35,878 bases of DNA from an uncultured Bacteroidales bacterium (GTDB taxonomy: Bacteria > Bacteroidota > Bacteroidia > Bacteroidales > UBA932). The position numbers were made by a program, and so were the translations under genes. The stretch is from assembly GCA_937898205.1 (NCBI GenBank), contig CALEJC010000093.1, forward strand, positions 1-35,878, read 5' to 3'. This document shows positions 26,794 through 35,878 of the stretch, in pieces. The notes below the pieces were generated by a model. That model was not told where the DNA came from, searched no databases, and saw only the letters and a program-made list of their open reading frames with translations. Position 1 is the stretch's first letter, and the number at the start of each line of letters is the position of its first letter.

Positions 26794-28793
26794 TATTGCT
26801 TATCTTTCTTGAGCGAAGCCAATATCATGTAGGCGCAGATTGCGACAAGCGGCACAATTGCGATCATCTCTGCACCGGAAGCGATAGCGCCTTCTGCCGG
26901 AGTATTCCAAGCCTTGAGGTACCAATCCACGTTGGCAAACTTGAGCACAGCCGAAACCACACCCATCAATGCACCACCGGCGATAAAGCCGCTGGCGATG
27001 AGAGTACCCTTCTCCTGACGAGCTGCATTGACAGCCTTATCCTTGGAGCGTGAGCTGACAAACCATGAGATTGCACCACCAAGCAGGAGCGGAAGGTTCA
27101 GGTCGATAGGGATGAACATACCCAGACAGAATGCCAATGCAGGCACTTTAAACACGGTCAGAAGTATAGCGATCACCGCACCTATGCCGTAGAGCAGCCA
27201 AGGAGCACTTCCTCCGCTCATCATCGGCTGGATCACCGCTGCCATGGCGTTGGCCTGAGGAGCAACGAGCGCACCTTCTCCTACAAAACCATAGGTCTTG
27301 TTAAGGATCATCATCACTCCGCCCACGGTTGCTGCAGCCACTGCGATACCGACAAACTTCCATGCCTGCTGCTTGCGAGGAGTAGTACCGATCCAATAAC
27401 CGATCTTAAAGTCTGTAATCAGACCACCCGCTGTAGAAAGAGCTGTACAGACAACGCCTCCGATGAGCATTGCCGCTACCATACCGGCGTTGCCCTTGAG
27501 GCCCACGAGCACGAGCACCAGCGCAGTGATGATCAAGGTCATGATAGTCATACCGCTGACAGGGTTTGTGCCCACAATCGCGATAGCATTGGCCGCTACT
27601 GTAGTAAAGAGGAACGAAATCACTGCCACGATGACAAGACCGATGAGGGCCTGCCAGATATTGTTGACCACTCCGCCGAGTGCAAAGAAAGCAAACACTG
27701 CAAGCAGAGCGACTGCGATGCCCCAGACAACAGTCTTCATCGGAAGATCGCTATCTGTCCTCTCCACATTCTCTGCTGAGCCACCTTTGCGTTTCATTTC
27801 GCTTGCTGCAAGACCCACCGCACTCTTGATCACGCCGGCACTCTTGATGATACCGATCACACCGGCAGTTGCGATGCCGCCGATGCCGATATGACGCGCA
27901 TACTGCGAGAAGATCTGGTCTGCAGACATCTCAGAGATAGTCTGGCTAAGACCTGTACCCATCAGATCAAGCACCTGACCACCCCAGATGAGGTTCATCA
28001 GAGGGATGATCACAAGCCACACAAGGAAGGAACCGCAGCAGATGATGAAGGCATACTTAAGACCCACGATATAACCAAGGCCAAGCACAGCTGCTCCCGT
28101 GTTGAGTTTGAGCACAAGCTTTGCCTTCTCGCCGATCACATACCCCCAGTGAGTTACTGTAGTCGAGAGAGTCTCTGCCCAAGCACCGAAGGTAGCGATC
28201 ACAAAATCATAGATACCTCCGATAAGACCTGCGGTAAGGAGAGTCTTGGCGCTCTTGCCACCGCTCTCTCCGCTCACCAGCACCTGGGTAGTGGCAGTTG
28301 CCTCAGGGAACGGGAAGTTGCCATGCTGCTCCTTCACAAAGTATTTGCGGAACGGGATGAGGAAGAGGATTCCAAGGAAACCGCCCAACATCGAGCTCAG
28401 GAACATCTGCCAGAAATTGATCTCCAGACCGAGAATGTAAATAGCCGGAAGAGTGAAGATTGCTCCCGCAACCACGACTCCCGAGCAAGAGCCGATGCTC
28501 TGGATGATCACATTTTGACCCAGACCGCCTTTTTTTCCAAGTGCACCGGTCATACCGACTGCAATGATTGCAATTGGGATAGCAGCCTCAAATACCTGAC
28601 CCACCTTAAGTCCCAGATATGCAGCAGCTGCTGAGAACAAGATTGTCATCAGCAAACCCATTGTGACAGAATATGGGGTAATCTCGAGTGGAGAATCACT
28701 CGATTTCAGCAATGGAGAATACTTCTCCCCCGGCTTCAGGGGCCTGTGTGCGTTCTCTGGTAATGAGAGATTTGGATTTTTGTTTTCTTTCAT
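26793..28793 (-). CDS. OPT family oligopeptide transporter
   Basis: AYLGLKVG, GAIFTLPA, FPEATAT, NPVSGMT, DFKIGYWIGTTP, APQANAMA. Confidence 0.92.
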   Translation of the reverse strand: MKENKNPNLSLPENAHRPLKPGEKYSPLLKSSDSPLEITPYSVTMGLLMTILFSAAAAYLGLKVGQVFEAAIPIAIIAVGMTGALGKKGGLGQNVIIQSIGSCSGVVVAGAIFTLPAIYILGLEINFWQMFLSSMLGGFLGILFLIPFRKYFVKEQHGNFPFPEATATTQVLVSGESGGKSAKTLLTAGLIGGIYDFVIATFGAWAETLSTTVTHWGYVIGEKAKLVLKLNTGAAVLGLGYIVGLKYAFIICCGSFLVWLVIIPLMNLIWGGQVLDLMGTGLSQTISEMSADQIFSQYARHIGIGGIATAGVIGIIKSAGVIKSAVGLAASEMKRKGGSAENVERTDSDLPMKTVVWGIAVALLAVFAFFALGGVVNNIWQALIGLVIVAVISFLFTTVAANAIAIVGTNPVSGMTIMTLIITALVLVLVGLKGNAGMVAAMLIGGVVCTALSTAGGLITDFKIGYWIGTTPRKQQAWKFVGIAVAAATVGGVMMILNKTYGFVGEGALVAPQANAMAAVIQPMMSGGSAPWLLYGIGAVIAILLTVFKVPALAFCLGMFIPIDLNLPLLLGGAISWFVSSRSKDKAVNAARQEKGTLIASGFIAGGALMGVVSAVLKFANVDWYLKAWNTPAEGAIASGAEMIAIVPLVAICAYMILASLKKDKQ

Positions 28794-31161
28794 CTTCCTC
28801 TTTCTTTTGAGTATAATATTCTATGTACTTATCCAACAATTTCTTATCTCTCGCTTCCTGACGTGCGCGGATCTTTGCGAGCCGCTCGGCCTTGCGCTTC
28901 TCCTTTGCAGCTTTCTTTGCGGCCTTTTCAGCCGCCTTTGCGGCATCACGGGCATCCAGCTCCGCCCAGCGTGCGTCTCTCCTGGCGATGCGCATTGCTC
29001 TGCGAAGCTCTGCCTCGCTCATATATTCTTCCTCTTCCTGCTGCACCTCAGCCTTGGCTCCTGCCTCTACAGCAACCGTATCAACGACGGCAAGGCTGTC
29101 GGCTACAGAGATCTTCAGGCTGTCGGCAAGCTGCAATGAGTCCGGTCTTGCAGACTTATCAAGCGTCAGACTATCCTCCTGCGGCGCAGTTTGGGATTTG
29201 CGAAGCTTGGCATCAGCAAGGCCTTGCCTGATATCTTGCATCAGTCCCGGGAAGAATCTGTCGGTCTGAGCAAACACAGGCCTTGGAATCCTCATGTATC
29301 TGCTTCTCTCTGAAGGCTTCAGGCTAATGGTAGTAATATCAGCCTTTGACTTCGGACGGCTGTCAGGGTCCCAATTAAAACCCTTTAAAACCCGCTCTTC
29401 TTCAGGCAGCTGCACCACCGGATATGCGTCATTTCGAGGACTGTCAAAATAGTACACCCTGTCTATGTCTCCTTCCTTGAGGTTGGCAGAAAGGGTTCTT
29501 GCCTCAACCTTGTTGACCGTCGCGATGACATCATCCTCCCTGAGGAAGAAAAGAGCTGTCACACCGCCCAGAGCGTCAAATCGACGAAGCGCGGTCGTAC
29601 TATCAAAATAGGCCAGAACTTCCGTGCTCTTGATCTGGTCAAAGTGCACGCTATCTTCAAAGACTGAGATAAAGGCGTTGGACAACAGGCTGGCCCTATC
29701 GATTCCATCTTTATTTACGAGCACAAACAGACTATCCGAAGAGTACTGCCTTGTGCCCTCGTTCCAAACCAAAGGCTCCTTATAAAATCTGGCGATAGAG
29801 TCCAACTCCGTAAAGCGCATCGAGTCGCACTTGACCTGCATATCCTGACGGAATATCTTCACATTTCCTATTGCGGAAATAAAACCTACATCGGTGGTGT
29901 CCGGAGGTGGCAGCACGGCCAGGGTATCCGCTATAGCCAAAGTATCCTCAATAGCGGTCGTATCTTCCTGCATCAGCGATGGTGCTGCACCTTGATTGTC
30001 GCCGCTTGGTCTGCCCGGACTTGGTTTCCTGCTTGGTCGTGTTCTGGACTGCTCCTGATCCTGCCTTCTTGCTGTTGCAGCTTCATCGCTCGCGCGTTTC
30101 CTATATTTGGCAATTGCATCAACCAGGATATTTTCCTTGCGTGTTGCAGCCAAGGAGATCTCTTCCTCCGGGATATCACACTTTCTCACAGAATTGATCA
30201 CGATAGTGTCTGCACCCATATAGGTGGTATCGGTGATATTGCTGTCCCTCTTCTCCCACATTACGACTGCGGCCCGGTCTCTTAGGGTGATGCGACTGAG
30301 CGAATCCTGATAATAGACATAGTCTGACAAAGATGCTGTGCTACGGGTCGTATCCTGGATCTGGACCACTCCTCTCATCAACACATCACCGATTGATTCA
30401 TAGTAGTATAGGGTATCACTCCACGACTCCTGCTCTTCCGAGATAGCATGCACCTTGTCTCTGAAGAAAAACGTCTGAGCGGCTCTGTCATACCAGCCCT
30501 TGGACGCTGAGAGCATATTTTCTTCCCTCCAGAAACTGATTGCCTCGATAAACCATGCCTTATCGGCTGCCGAATCATATTCCAGCGCTGTGGTCTTTAT
30601 AAATGTCGAGTCGGTAAACATATTGACATTGCCATCAAACGTGAAGTATTCTTTGGCGTTGTCATAGCTTCCGTTGTCACTCTCGATTATCTGACCATCC
30701 TCGCTTTTCATTGAGGCTCCACCTGAAAAGACGGCAATACTGTCTTTGGTATTATAGTCAAGGATGCGTGTGCGAAGGATATTGTCTTTCTCGTTGCGCA
30801 TCTGCACCAATGAGCCGCGGAACTCGGCACGATCCTCATCGACATAATAGTCAAGCTTCTCACTTGTGAGCTCTGCGTCTCCCTGGATGAGTTTTACATT
30901 GCCTAAGAAGTTGATGATATTGGTGTTGCGATACCACAACGAACTGTCGCTGCTAAGATAAGTGCCGTTGTGGAGAAATGTCGCCTTCATCGCTTTGCGG
31001 ACCTGCTCGTCTCCTTCTTCATACTGCTCCAGGTACTCTGCATTGAGCAGGCGTACAAGAGAATCTGCCTGCTCCTTTTCTTCCTGGGCAGACAGATTGG
31101 TCAGTCCTGCAAGAATGCAGACTACAAGACCGCATAAAGAAATGATAATTCTGCGACTCAA
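28696..31161 (-). CDS. OstA-like (LptA/LptD beta-jellyroll) protein with charged C-terminal extension
   Basis: Signal peptide; repeated beta-jellyroll-like segments (F.GNVK, L.Y); LKGFNW; follows SurA; TTG start uncertain. Confidence 0.75.
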   Translation of the reverse strand: MSRRIIISLCGLVVCILAGLTNLSAQEEKEQADSLVRLLNAEYLEQYEEGDEQVRKAMKATFLHNGTYLSSDSSLWYRNTNIINFLGNVKLIQGDAELTSEKLDYYVDEDRAEFRGSLVQMRNEKDNILRTRILDYNTKDSIAVFSGGASMKSEDGQIIESDNGSYDNAKEYFTFDGNVNMFTDSTFIKTTALEYDSAADKAWFIEAISFWREENMLSASKGWYDRAAQTFFFRDKVHAISEEQESWSDTLYYYESIGDVLMRGVVQIQDTTRSTASLSDYVYYQDSLSRITLRDRAAVVMWEKRDSNITDTTYMGADTIVINSVRKCDIPEEEISLAATRKENILVDAIAKYRKRASDEAATARRQDQEQSRTRPSRKPSPGRPSGDNQGAAPSLMQEDTTAIEDTLAIADTLAVLPPPDTTDVGFISAIGNVKIFRQDMQVKCDSMRFTELDSIARFYKEPLVWNEGTRQYSSDSLFVLVNKDGIDRASLLSNAFISVFEDSVHFDQIKSTEVLAYFDSTTALRRFDALGGVTALFFLREDDVIATVNKVEARTLSANLKEGDIDRVYYFDSPRNDAYPVVQLPEEERVLKGFNWDPDSRPKSKADITTISLKPSERSRYMRIPRPVFAQTDRFFPGLMQDIRQGLADAKLRKSQTAPQEDSLTLDKSARPDSLQLADSLKISVADSLAVVDTVAVEAGAKAEVQQEEEEYMSEAELRRAMRIARRDARWAELDARDAAKAAEKAAKKAAKEKRKAERLAKIRARQEARDKKLLDKYIEYYTQKKEEDERKQKSKSLITRERTQAPEAGGEVFSIAEIE

Positions 31162-31168
31162 TTTCTAA

Positions 31169-32554
31169 TTATTCTTCCTCTTTTGCTATTTTCTTGGACC
31201 AGCCGGGACGAGAGAATTCGCAGTCTGCAAACAGAGGATCGATGATTATATAGGTACTTTCTATCTTCTCATCCACAAACTTGTTCAGCGCTTCTATCTG
31301 CTTGATATTCTGATATTGAGCTAGAATCTCAGTATAGTCTGTTTCAAATTTTGCCACATGAGAAGGGACAATATTGTCAAGTCTCACAATCTTGTAGACA
31401 AGATTTCCGTCGCGACCCTCGTTGTCAAGAGACTCGATAGGCTCAGAGATCTGGCCGATCTCAAGATTCTGTACTGCTTCGTAGTCCTGAGGTTTCATCT
31501 GGTCGATCTCAAAATATGCCGAGCCGGTATTAGGATCTGCCATCTGTCCGCCGTTGGTACGGGAAGCAGGGTCTTCTGAGAAGAACTGAGCAGCGAGTTC
31601 AAATGTGATCACACTATCAACCACAATGCTATTGCGCAAGCTGTCAAGTCTGGCAAAGGCCTTATCTCTATCTTCTGATGTGTAGTTTGGTTTGAGAAGG
31701 ATATGACGCGCATTAAACATATCACCGTCCTTCTCGATAACCTCAATGATATGGAAGCCGTCAGGGGTCTCAACTATCTGAGACACAAGGCCTGGCTTGA
31801 GGGACATCGCTGCATCTGAGAACGCAGGCCAGAAGATTGATTTTGAAGCCATACCAAGCTCGCCTCCTCTTCTCGCAGAACCTGGATCCTCAGAATAGAG
31901 ACGGGCAAGAGTAGCAAACCTCTCTCCGTTGATGATGCGCTCACGGATAGAAAGGAGTCTCTCCTTTACCGCCATCGCAGCTGCTTCTCTATCAGGATAG
32001 ATGCAGATCTGGCTCATCTGATACTTTGTCGGAATCATCGGAAGAGAAGAAACATCCACAGTGTCAAGATATTGCTTGACATCATAAGGTGTAATCTGAT
32101 CGATACTCTCAGCGATCTTGCCTTGCTCCTGCTGAGTGAGACTCAACTCCTCAAGTTGCTTGCGCCACAACTGGCGAAGCTTATACATCGGCATGTTAAA
32201 CTCCTTCTCGACAGCGGCATCACCACCTAGTGTTGTGCGCACCTGGTCAAGACGATTATTGAGCTCAGCATTGACCATCTCCTGATTGAGCTCGAGTGAG
32301 TCCACTCTTGCCTGCATCAAGAAGATCTTTGACTCCAGCATCTGCTCAAGCACCTCACATCTGATGTTTCTATCTGAAGTATAACCTTGAACACGCTGAG
32401 TACGCACCTGACTCTCCAGCTCTGAAATTTTTATCATTTCATTGCCCACCACACCGGCTACCTTATCGACAACACCTGTGTATTTCTGTGCATAGACACT
32501 TGTGCCGGCCACGGCAAATGCAACAACTGCAATAAACTTCAAAAATCTTCTCAT
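31169..32554 (-). CDS. surA: SurA-like parvulin peptidyl-prolyl isomerase
   Basis: VDKVAGVVGNE, FATLARLYSEDPGSARRGGELG, VETPDGFHII, ARHIL; start set to ATG 32554. Confidence 0.85.
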   Translation of the reverse strand: MRRFLKFIAVVAFAVAGTSVYAQKYTGVVDKVAGVVGNEMIKISELESQVRTQRVQGYTSDRNIRCEVLEQMLESKIFLMQARVDSLELNQEMVNAELNNRLDQVRTTLGGDAAVEKEFNMPMYKLRQLWRKQLEELSLTQQEQGKIAESIDQITPYDVKQYLDTVDVSSLPMIPTKYQMSQICIYPDREAAAMAVKERLLSIRERIINGERFATLARLYSEDPGSARRGGELGMASKSIFWPAFSDAAMSLKPGLVSQIVETPDGFHIIEVIEKDGDMFNARHILLKPNYTSEDRDKAFARLDSLRNSIVVDSVITFELAAQFFSEDPASRTNGGQMADPNTGSAYFEIDQMKPQDYEAVQNLEIGQISEPIESLDNEGRDGNLVYKIVRLDNIVPSHVAKFETDYTEILAQYQNIKQIEALNKFVDEKIESTYIIIDPLFADCEFSRPGWSKKIAKEEE

Positions 32555-32555
32555 T

Positions 32556-33404
32556 TTAATAGATCTCAATTTTATTATTTTCGAGGGCGCTATTCAGCAA
32601 GTCTTGTTCCAAACCTTTCAAAAGGTCGTGTTTTCTTCCGCTCAGAATAATGTCTCTGATGGTTCCGGCGCAGTAATCAAGCGGAGCAACACCGGATTCC
32701 TGAATATCACAAATATACGCAAACAACACATCCCCACGTCCTTCCGGTTCATAACGGATTGTATTGTCCTTAACGTCTTTCAAGAGTTCTTCTACATTGA
32801 TACCGAAATACTTGGAAAGCTCAAGCGCATCCATCCATCTATCGGAATTATCAACATATCTCAACGCAGAGGCAAGAGCAAGAGTGTCCAGCCTCTGAAG
32901 ATCATCATTGTCATCGGACGCCACCAGATCCAACAGTTCCTCAGCCGATGGCGAATCCTTCATCACATGGACAAACCTCACTTTGAGTATCGGCCTTGCG
33001 AGGTCAAAATCAGACTTGTGTGCCTCATAATACTCGCCTACCTGCTCGTCAGTGATAAGCGTGTCAAGGCGATCATTGACATATCTTTGCTCATAGCGAT
33101 ACTTCACCAGCGAAAGACGATAGGTCTCAAGCTCTTCAGACACATCAATCTCCGATTTGGACATCTGCTCTTCAGCAACCTGAAGATAGAGATGATCCAT
33201 CGCCCATGAGTTTATATAGCGAGCAGCCAGAGCTGCACTATCCTCCGGAGAAATCATATCCGGAATCACCTGCTCCAGCTCTGACATATATAGTTTCTCC
33301 TTGCCGACTCTTGCCACCACCTTCTCATCGTGCATAATCGAAGAGACGAAGTCACAAGCGCTCAGCGAGAACATCAGAAGTGCTATTGCTATATATTTTT
33401 GCAT
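32556..33404 (-). CDS. PPIase-like/SurA-N-like lipoprotein
   Basis: Lipobox LSAC, VARVGKEKLY.SEL, YINSW; upstream of surA; start set to ATG 33404. Confidence 0.65.
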   Translation of the reverse strand: MQKYIAIALLMFSLSACDFVSSIMHDEKVVARVGKEKLYMSELEQVIPDMISPEDSAALAARYINSWAMDHLYLQVAEEQMSKSEIDVSEELETYRLSLVKYRYEQRYVNDRLDTLITDEQVGEYYEAHKSDFDLARPILKVRFVHVMKDSPSAEELLDLVASDDNDDLQRLDTLALASALRYVDNSDRWMDALELSKYFGINVEELLKDVKDNTIRYEPEGRGDVLFAYICDIQESGVAPLDYCAGTIRDIILSGRKHDLLKGLEQDLLNSALENNKIEIY

Positions 33405-33410
33405 AACCTG

Positions 33411-33418
33411 CAAATTTA
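33411..33418 (-). promoter_or_regulatory. -7 box (TAAATTTG) upstream of the PPIase/surA/ostA cluster
   Basis: CAAATTTA on +. Confidence 0.4.
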
Positions 33419-33430
33419 AAAATAATCTCT

Positions 33431-35026
33431 CTAATTCCCCTCTGCTATCGCCTTAATAATTGCATCAATCGACGGATTTACCACCCATGAGGAAGCAATC
33501 ACATTATTGGTCAGCAAAGAGAATATTATTGTCTCTTCAGGATTGCCGCTGCTCGGAAGGATGTAACCGCTGTAGCAACGCACCCCATTCATTGACCCGC
33601 TTTTCATCCTGATGCGGGACTTAAACTCCGACGGCTCATTGACAAACTTATATTCAAGAGTGCCTTTAGCGCCCGGCATCGGAAGCGAATGCAGATAGTC
33701 TTCATATTCCGGTGACAAAGCCATCGCTTTGAGGAACTTCACAAAGTATTCTGCCGAGATATAGTTTTTCCTTGAGAGACCGCTACCGTCAAAAAGCTGG
33801 CAAGAGCCATCTGCGACCACACCCATGTTACGCAGCGCCAGCTCTGCCGCATCGACACAATCATCTGAATTGCAAGTCTTTGCATACTTCTTTGCCACCA
33901 TTTTAAGAAGCGTTTCTGCAAAGAAGTTATCACTCTCGCAGTTGGTCTCCTTAACTATCTGCGACAGCGTTGCCGAATAGCTGCTGCCAAGGTGCTTGAG
34001 ACTGTCCTGATGCTTGGCTGCCACACCTGAGTCGCCAAATCCCGGCTCAAGACGGATCATGCCGTCGCTGTTGATATCAGCAGCTCCTCCGCTCACGCCA
34101 ATCCCGTTGCTGCTGAGGTACCCTTTGAAATAATGTGCACAGGTATAGGCGCCGAAGCGATTTGAACCTTCAAATGTATAGGCCCTGCGATCGACAGGAA
34201 AAGAGCCCACAAACTCTCCGACCGGCGCAAGTCTGGTATTGACATAGAAGATGGTGTTGGCAGAACGAGGAGCGCCTGTAGTGGCACTCACGCGATACTG
34301 CAACCACGGAGTTTCAGGATACTGCGGCTTGATGCTTGGCTTCTGTCCTTGCTGAGAAGCAGGGACGATCAGGAAGTTTTGTGCATTCTCAAAAAAGTTA
34401 AGGCCAGTAGGACCCACTCCGTAATTGGTGCCAAGATCGTCCTTTGTCCAACCCAGGTTTTCAGGATTTGGATTATCAAAGAAACGTGGATCGGCAATGA
34501 TGCGTCCATCTATCTTGTTGATGCCCGCTCTCTTGAGGATGCCCAACCATTTGCCAAAGAGGGTGGCGACAGGATCAGAAAACGTGTTACGAGCTCCTGT
34601 TGTCGGGTCACCGCCACCGACAATATAAAGGTCTCCTTTAAGCACGCCTCCTTCTATCGTGCCGCTGTGGGCAAGTTTTGTCTCAAATCTATAGTCTGCA
34701 CCAAGCTCTTTAAGAGCCAGTCCGGTGGTGATGAGCTTTACATTTGAAGCAGGAACCATCTTCTGACGATGATTAAACATCGCGACAGTATCACCCTTTA
34801 GGTTGATGGCATACACACCCACAACCGCACCTGCCAAAGGCTGCTTGCCACAGATTTCTGCAACTTTCTGTGCCGGGCTCTTTGCATCATCGGAAGATTT
34901 TTCTTCATGTGCGAGGCGGATATCGGGCATAATAATCCCCTGTGTCTGGGTCCCCGCAATAGAAGCAGTCGCGCTCACTCCAAACAGGAGAAGCGCGACT
35001 GATATTAGTCTTGTAAGGCTACTCAT
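33431..35026 (-). CDS. dacB: D-Ala-D-Ala carboxypeptidase/endopeptidase PBP4 (peptidase S13)
   Basis: PASNVK (SxxK), GGGDPT, SDN, DGSGLSR, KSG. Confidence 0.93.
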   Translation of the reverse strand: MSSLTRLISVALLLFGVSATASIAGTQTQGIIMPDIRLAHEEKSSDDAKSPAQKVAEICGKQPLAGAVVGVYAINLKGDTVAMFNHRQKMVPASNVKLITTGLALKELGADYRFETKLAHSGTIEGGVLKGDLYIVGGGDPTTGARNTFSDPVATLFGKWLGILKRAGINKIDGRIIADPRFFDNPNPENLGWTKDDLGTNYGVGPTGLNFFENAQNFLIVPASQQGQKPSIKPQYPETPWLQYRVSATTGAPRSANTIFYVNTRLAPVGEFVGSFPVDRRAYTFEGSNRFGAYTCAHYFKGYLSSNGIGVSGGAADINSDGMIRLEPGFGDSGVAAKHQDSLKHLGSSYSATLSQIVKETNCESDNFFAETLLKMVAKKYAKTCNSDDCVDAAELALRNMGVVADGSCQLFDGSGLSRKNYISAEYFVKFLKAMALSPEYEDYLHSLPMPGAKGTLEYKFVNEPSEFKSRIRMKSGSMNGVRCYSGYILPSSGNPEETIIFSLLTNNVIASSWVVNPSIDAIIKAIAEGN

Positions 35027-35307
35027 TATTTAACAGCTTCCTTTACAACAGCGCTAAGCTTCTCGTAAAGGGCATCAGTCTTAACAAGAATCTCCTTGCG
35101 GAGCTCGTTATAGTAGGCCTTCTTAGATCCTTCAACTTTAACATTTACCTTGTCTCTGAGCTCATTATAGAGGTCGATAGCTTCCTCAAAAAGAGTAGCT
35201 GCGCCAGTCTCTGCGAGCTGAGGATTGATAGACGCTACTACTGAGCAGTCTTCAACGAAGGCGCTGAGTACATATTCAATGTCTTTCTTGATGTCTCTTA
35301 GGTTCAT
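35026..35307 (-). CDS. Small helical hypothetical protein
   Basis: 93-aa ORF MNLRDIKKDIEYV..., coupled to dacB, with its own -7 box upstream. Confidence 0.7.
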   Translation of the reverse strand: MNLRDIKKDIEYVLSAFVEDCSVVASINPQLAETGAATLFEEAIDLYNELRDKVNVKVEGSKKAYYNELRKEILVKTDALYEKLSAVVKEAVK

Positions 35308-35333
35308 AATTTCTATGTTTTTGATTTAATGCG

Positions 35334-35341
35334 CAAATATA
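35334..35341 (-). promoter_or_regulatory. -7 box (TATATTTG)
   Basis: CAAATATA on +, 27 nt upstream of ATG 35307. Confidence 0.55.
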
Positions 35342-35351
35342 GCAATTTTTA

Positions 35352-35876
35352 TCATTGTTTGAAATATGCAGGATCGGCTGTAATCAACTTTGCACCTTTA
35401 TTTACATTACCCAGTATCCTTCTGACCTCAATCGCCTGTCTGTCATAATAATCAGCTTCCCCTTTGACTATGGAGTTAATCCTTACAAGCTGGGATGAAT
35501 GGATGATCTTTCCGTCTCCTATATACATGGACACATGAGTAACTGATACTGGTTTGCCTGTTTCGTCCTTTCTGCCATAAAAGATCAGATCTCCGGGACG
35601 CATCTTGTCCAGCTCATATGGGACACTGACGCCACATGCAATCTGCTCACGCGCATTACGAGGAAGCACGATACCATGCATCAGATAGATTGTTTTTGTC
35701 AAGCCGCTGCAATCATAATGCTTGACAGTATTGCCGCCCCACATATAAGGAGTCCCGAGCATGGTCTTGGCAAGGCCAACCAAGCTTGCTTCGGTTGCGC
35801 GGCGACTGCGCGCCCACTGCGTAAAGTCTTCAACATCAGAGCTTTTAACCCAACCTTCAGTGCCGTCAGCAAGGAC
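35352..35876 (-). CDS. NlpC/P60 (C40) peptidase, 5'-partial; runs off the right edge
   Basis: Frame open to the edge (VLADGTEGWVK..., SH3-like); GTPYMWGG, DCSG, LPRNA, PGDLIFY, HV..Y, IIHS. Confidence 0.9.
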   Translation of the reverse strand, partial: VLADGTEGWVKSSDVEDFTQWARSRRATEASLVGLAKTMLGTPYMWGGNTVKHYDCSGLTKTIYLMHGIVLPRNAREQIACGVSVPYELDKMRPGDLIFYGRKDETGKPVSVTHVSMYIGDGKIIHSSQLVRINSIVKGEADYYDRQAIEVRRILGNVNKGAKLITADPAYFKQ

Positions 35877-35878
35877 AA

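Overview
A Bacteroidales-like chromosomal window: gene set, order and TAnnTTTG promoter boxes all fit. Most of it is housekeeping, envelope or metabolic genes: a bile acid:Na+ symporter, GH43, two M23 peptidases, phosphomannomutase, def, ruvX, dxr, rseP, tRNA-Glu/rpsT, a putative sugar-phosphate operon, cyclophilin, flippase, OPT transporter, OstA-like/SurA, dacB and NlpC/P60. One accessory island (~9950-18300) lies between the rpsT terminator and a second bidirectional terminator. It holds a signal-peptide-bearing ~1994-aa Rhs/YD protein with an AT-rich C-terminal L,D-transpeptidase-like (Tlde1-type) toxin candidate and a coupled lipoprotein immunity gene. It also holds a stop-interrupted orphan His-rich nuclease toxin remnant with an intact double-CxxCG immunity gene, and an empty orphan Rhs-core fragment. 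The island is bracketed by two inverted copies of a ~125-nt GC-rich element. Its four helices covary between the copies while the junction strands are conserved, making it a candidate undescribed structured RNA, ribozyme or ssDNA element. All calls come from reading the sequence and recalling family motifs; no searches were run.
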